A DNA stretch of 64,000 bases from Escherichia coli (GTDB lineage Bacteria; Pseudomonadota; Gammaproteobacteria; Enterobacterales; Enterobacteriaceae). Made by a program: the position numbers and the translations under genes. Under the pieces are notes generated by a model, which saw nothing but the letters and a program-made list of their open reading frames with translations, had not been told where the DNA came from and ran no database searches. The DNA lies in NCBI RefSeq assembly GCF_050920415.1, contig NZ_CP169309.1; one strand, written 5' to 3'. Shown piece after piece: positions 62,508-64,000 of the stretch (position 1 is its first letter; each line of letters starts with the position of its first letter).

Positions 62508-62632
62508 AGCGGCTCCGTTCGTTGTGGCTCATCAAACACTAACACCGCATCTTCAAAGCGGATGCCATGTTTCACCCGATTACTTTTGGCCTTGTTTGCA
62601 TCCCATTCAAACTCCATTGGCATAGTTGCCAT
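62504..62632 (-). pseudogene. Truncated BrnT-like toxin gene (N-terminal 42 codons only)
   Basis: MATMPMEFEWDANKAKSNRVKHGIRFEDAVLVFDEPQRTEPL then stop overlapping the brnA ATG (ATGA); full-length BrnT is about twice this length. Confidence 0.45.
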
Positions 62633-62819
62633 CCCCAATTGTATATACAAAAATGTATCTACAATCATTCTGCAATTATAGCGTTGATGTTGGAAATAGC
62701 ATCACGTTTTGGATAATCAACCATGAAATTGACAATGAGTGAGTTGGACTTGATTCATCCAATAGAATTTCTCGCCTGACATGGCACACTAAACACCTCG
62801 CTGTCGTTAAGGGATTACC

Positions 62820-63986
62820 GTGAAAAACTACAAAGTTATTACTCCGCTTTTTCCTACCTATGCGCAAGTTAAGGCTATGATGAAAGCCGTCTCAGGCTAT
62901 TCCCTGAAAGCGGTACGCAATATGATTACCGCCATTCACGAGCAAACCGGTACGCCGCAAAAACCCGTTGACTGGTCGGAACCTGACCTGTGGATCAGCG
63001 AACGCTTAACGGGTGAAGATGCCGACATCGCCCGTCGTATTTGGGATACCGATAATCACATATTGAACCCGCGCCACAGCTACGGCTGCTACTTATTTCT
63101 CAACTATCCTCAGTTTGAGCTGATGGAAAGCACGCCAGATGATACCTGGCAGCCCACCTCGCGCGGGCAAAAATTCCTGCAAGATGACGAAAAAACGCTG
63201 CGTTCACTGGACGACCAGGAAGGCATTCTGCAACTGCTTGAGCTGCTGGCTGGCCGGGAAATGTCGCGCCGCGCCGATTTATTGCCGGAATGGCAGGCCT
63301 TTTTGCATCAGCATTCGAAATTCGCGTCAGCAAGTTCAGTGAAAAGCACGCTCTACTCCCGTCTCTATAACCTTATCGACCGTGACATGGTTAACCGTGA
63401 AGGCATGAGCTATCGCATCACCGATACCGGGCGCGCCTGGCTTGGAAAAGCGTTGCCTGCACGAAAAAGCGATCCGCGTAAAGAGCTGTTGGAAGCGGTA
63501 AAACGCTATAACGAACAGCAAAAAGAGCTGCTGCGCGAACAAATCAGCACGATGAACCCGTACAAATTTGAGCAACTGGTTGGTCAATTACTGGAAGCAA
63601 TGGGCTACGAACAGGTTGAAGTGACCAAAGCCTCAGGCGACAAAGGTGTGGACGTGATTGGTCAGGTGCAGGTCGGCATCACCACTATTACCGAAGTGGT
63701 GCAGGTCAAAAGAATGCTGAACACTATCACTCGCCCGTATATCGACCAGTTGCGTGGGGCGTTGCCTTACCACAAAGCCATTCGCGGTACGCTCATCACC
63801 ACCGGGAAATTTGCGGCGAAATGTGCAGAAGCGGCGCTCTTTCCGGGTGCCGCGCCCATTACGCTTATCGACGGCGATCGTTTACTGGAACTGTTAATCG
63901 AAAATAACGTCGGCATTCGCCGCAGCAATGCAGTGGAATTGCTGGATGTAGATTTGCAGTTGTTTGATGAGCTGGAGATGGATTAA
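62820..63986 (+). CDS. Mrr-type (type IV) restriction endonuclease-like protein with extended N-terminal domain
   Basis: 388 aa; C-terminal Mrr catalytic-like region (FEQLVGQLLEAMGYEQVEVTKASGDKGVDVIGQVQVGITTITEVVQVKR); coordinates from the ORF track. Confidence 0.6.
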   Translation: MKNYKVITPLFPTYAQVKAMMKAVSGYSLKAVRNMITAIHEQTGTPQKPVDWSEPDLWISERLTGEDADIARRIWDTDNHILNPRHSYGCYLFLNYPQFELMESTPDDTWQPTSRGQKFLQDDEKTLRSLDDQEGILQLLELLAGREMSRRADLLPEWQAFLHQHSKFASASSVKSTLYSRLYNLIDRDMVNREGMSYRITDTGRAWLGKALPARKSDPRKELLEAVKRYNEQQKELLREQISTMNPYKFEQLVGQLLEAMGYEQVEVTKASGDKGVDVIGQVQVGITTITEVVQVKRMLNTITRPYIDQLRGALPYHKAIRGTLITTGKFAAKCAEAALFPGAAPITLIDGDRLLELLIENNVGIRRSNAVELLDVDLQLFDELEMD

Positions 63987-64000
63987 AGGGCGAAATCCGC

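Overview
This window is an Escherichia coli-type chromosomal segment whose host gene order matches the K-12 region yjiA-yjiX-btsT / tsr-lgoTRD-opgB-yjjA-dnaCT-yjjBPQ-bglJ-fhuF-leuVPQ-rsmC-holD-rimI-yjjG, read in reverse. It carries two accessory insertions. (1) Positions 1 to about 24.4 kb are the right-hand part of a mosaic lambdoid prophage whose left end lies outside the window: Nu1 and a lambda-type cos site, an Rz/Rz1/SAR-endolysin/holin lysis cassette with inserted genes, a TerB-like cargo operon, three phage tRNAs, a DPPY DNA methyltransferase, Q antiterminator, DUF968, KilA-N, RusA, a LexA-like wHTH gene, a Dam-family methyltransferase, an iteron-bearing replication initiator, Rha, Cro/CI immunity region with shared operators, a pL operon of YfdP/Q/R/S-like genes, excisionase, an AT-rich single-gene island, and a tyrosine integrase abutting yjjG. 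(2) A roughly 16 kb catabolic island (42.5-58.4 kb) sits between tsr and btsT and encodes a hydroxyproline-type pathway plus a D-amino-acid module. (3) The right edge (62.2-64 kb) enters the variable immigration-control region with a truncated brnT, brnA and an Mrr-type nuclease. The strongest candidate for an undescribed system is the 239-aa protein at 22054-22773 with an HEPN-like motif; secondary candidates are the two genes inserted into the lysis cassette and the TerB-like/microprotein pair. Three prophage genes look disrupted (two single-base frameshifts in homopolymer runs and one in-frame TAG), which may be real decay or sequence error. No CRISPR array or rRNA was seen. All assignments rest on reading the translations and motifs by eye; no database search was run, and hand-derived coordinates may be off by 1-2 nt.
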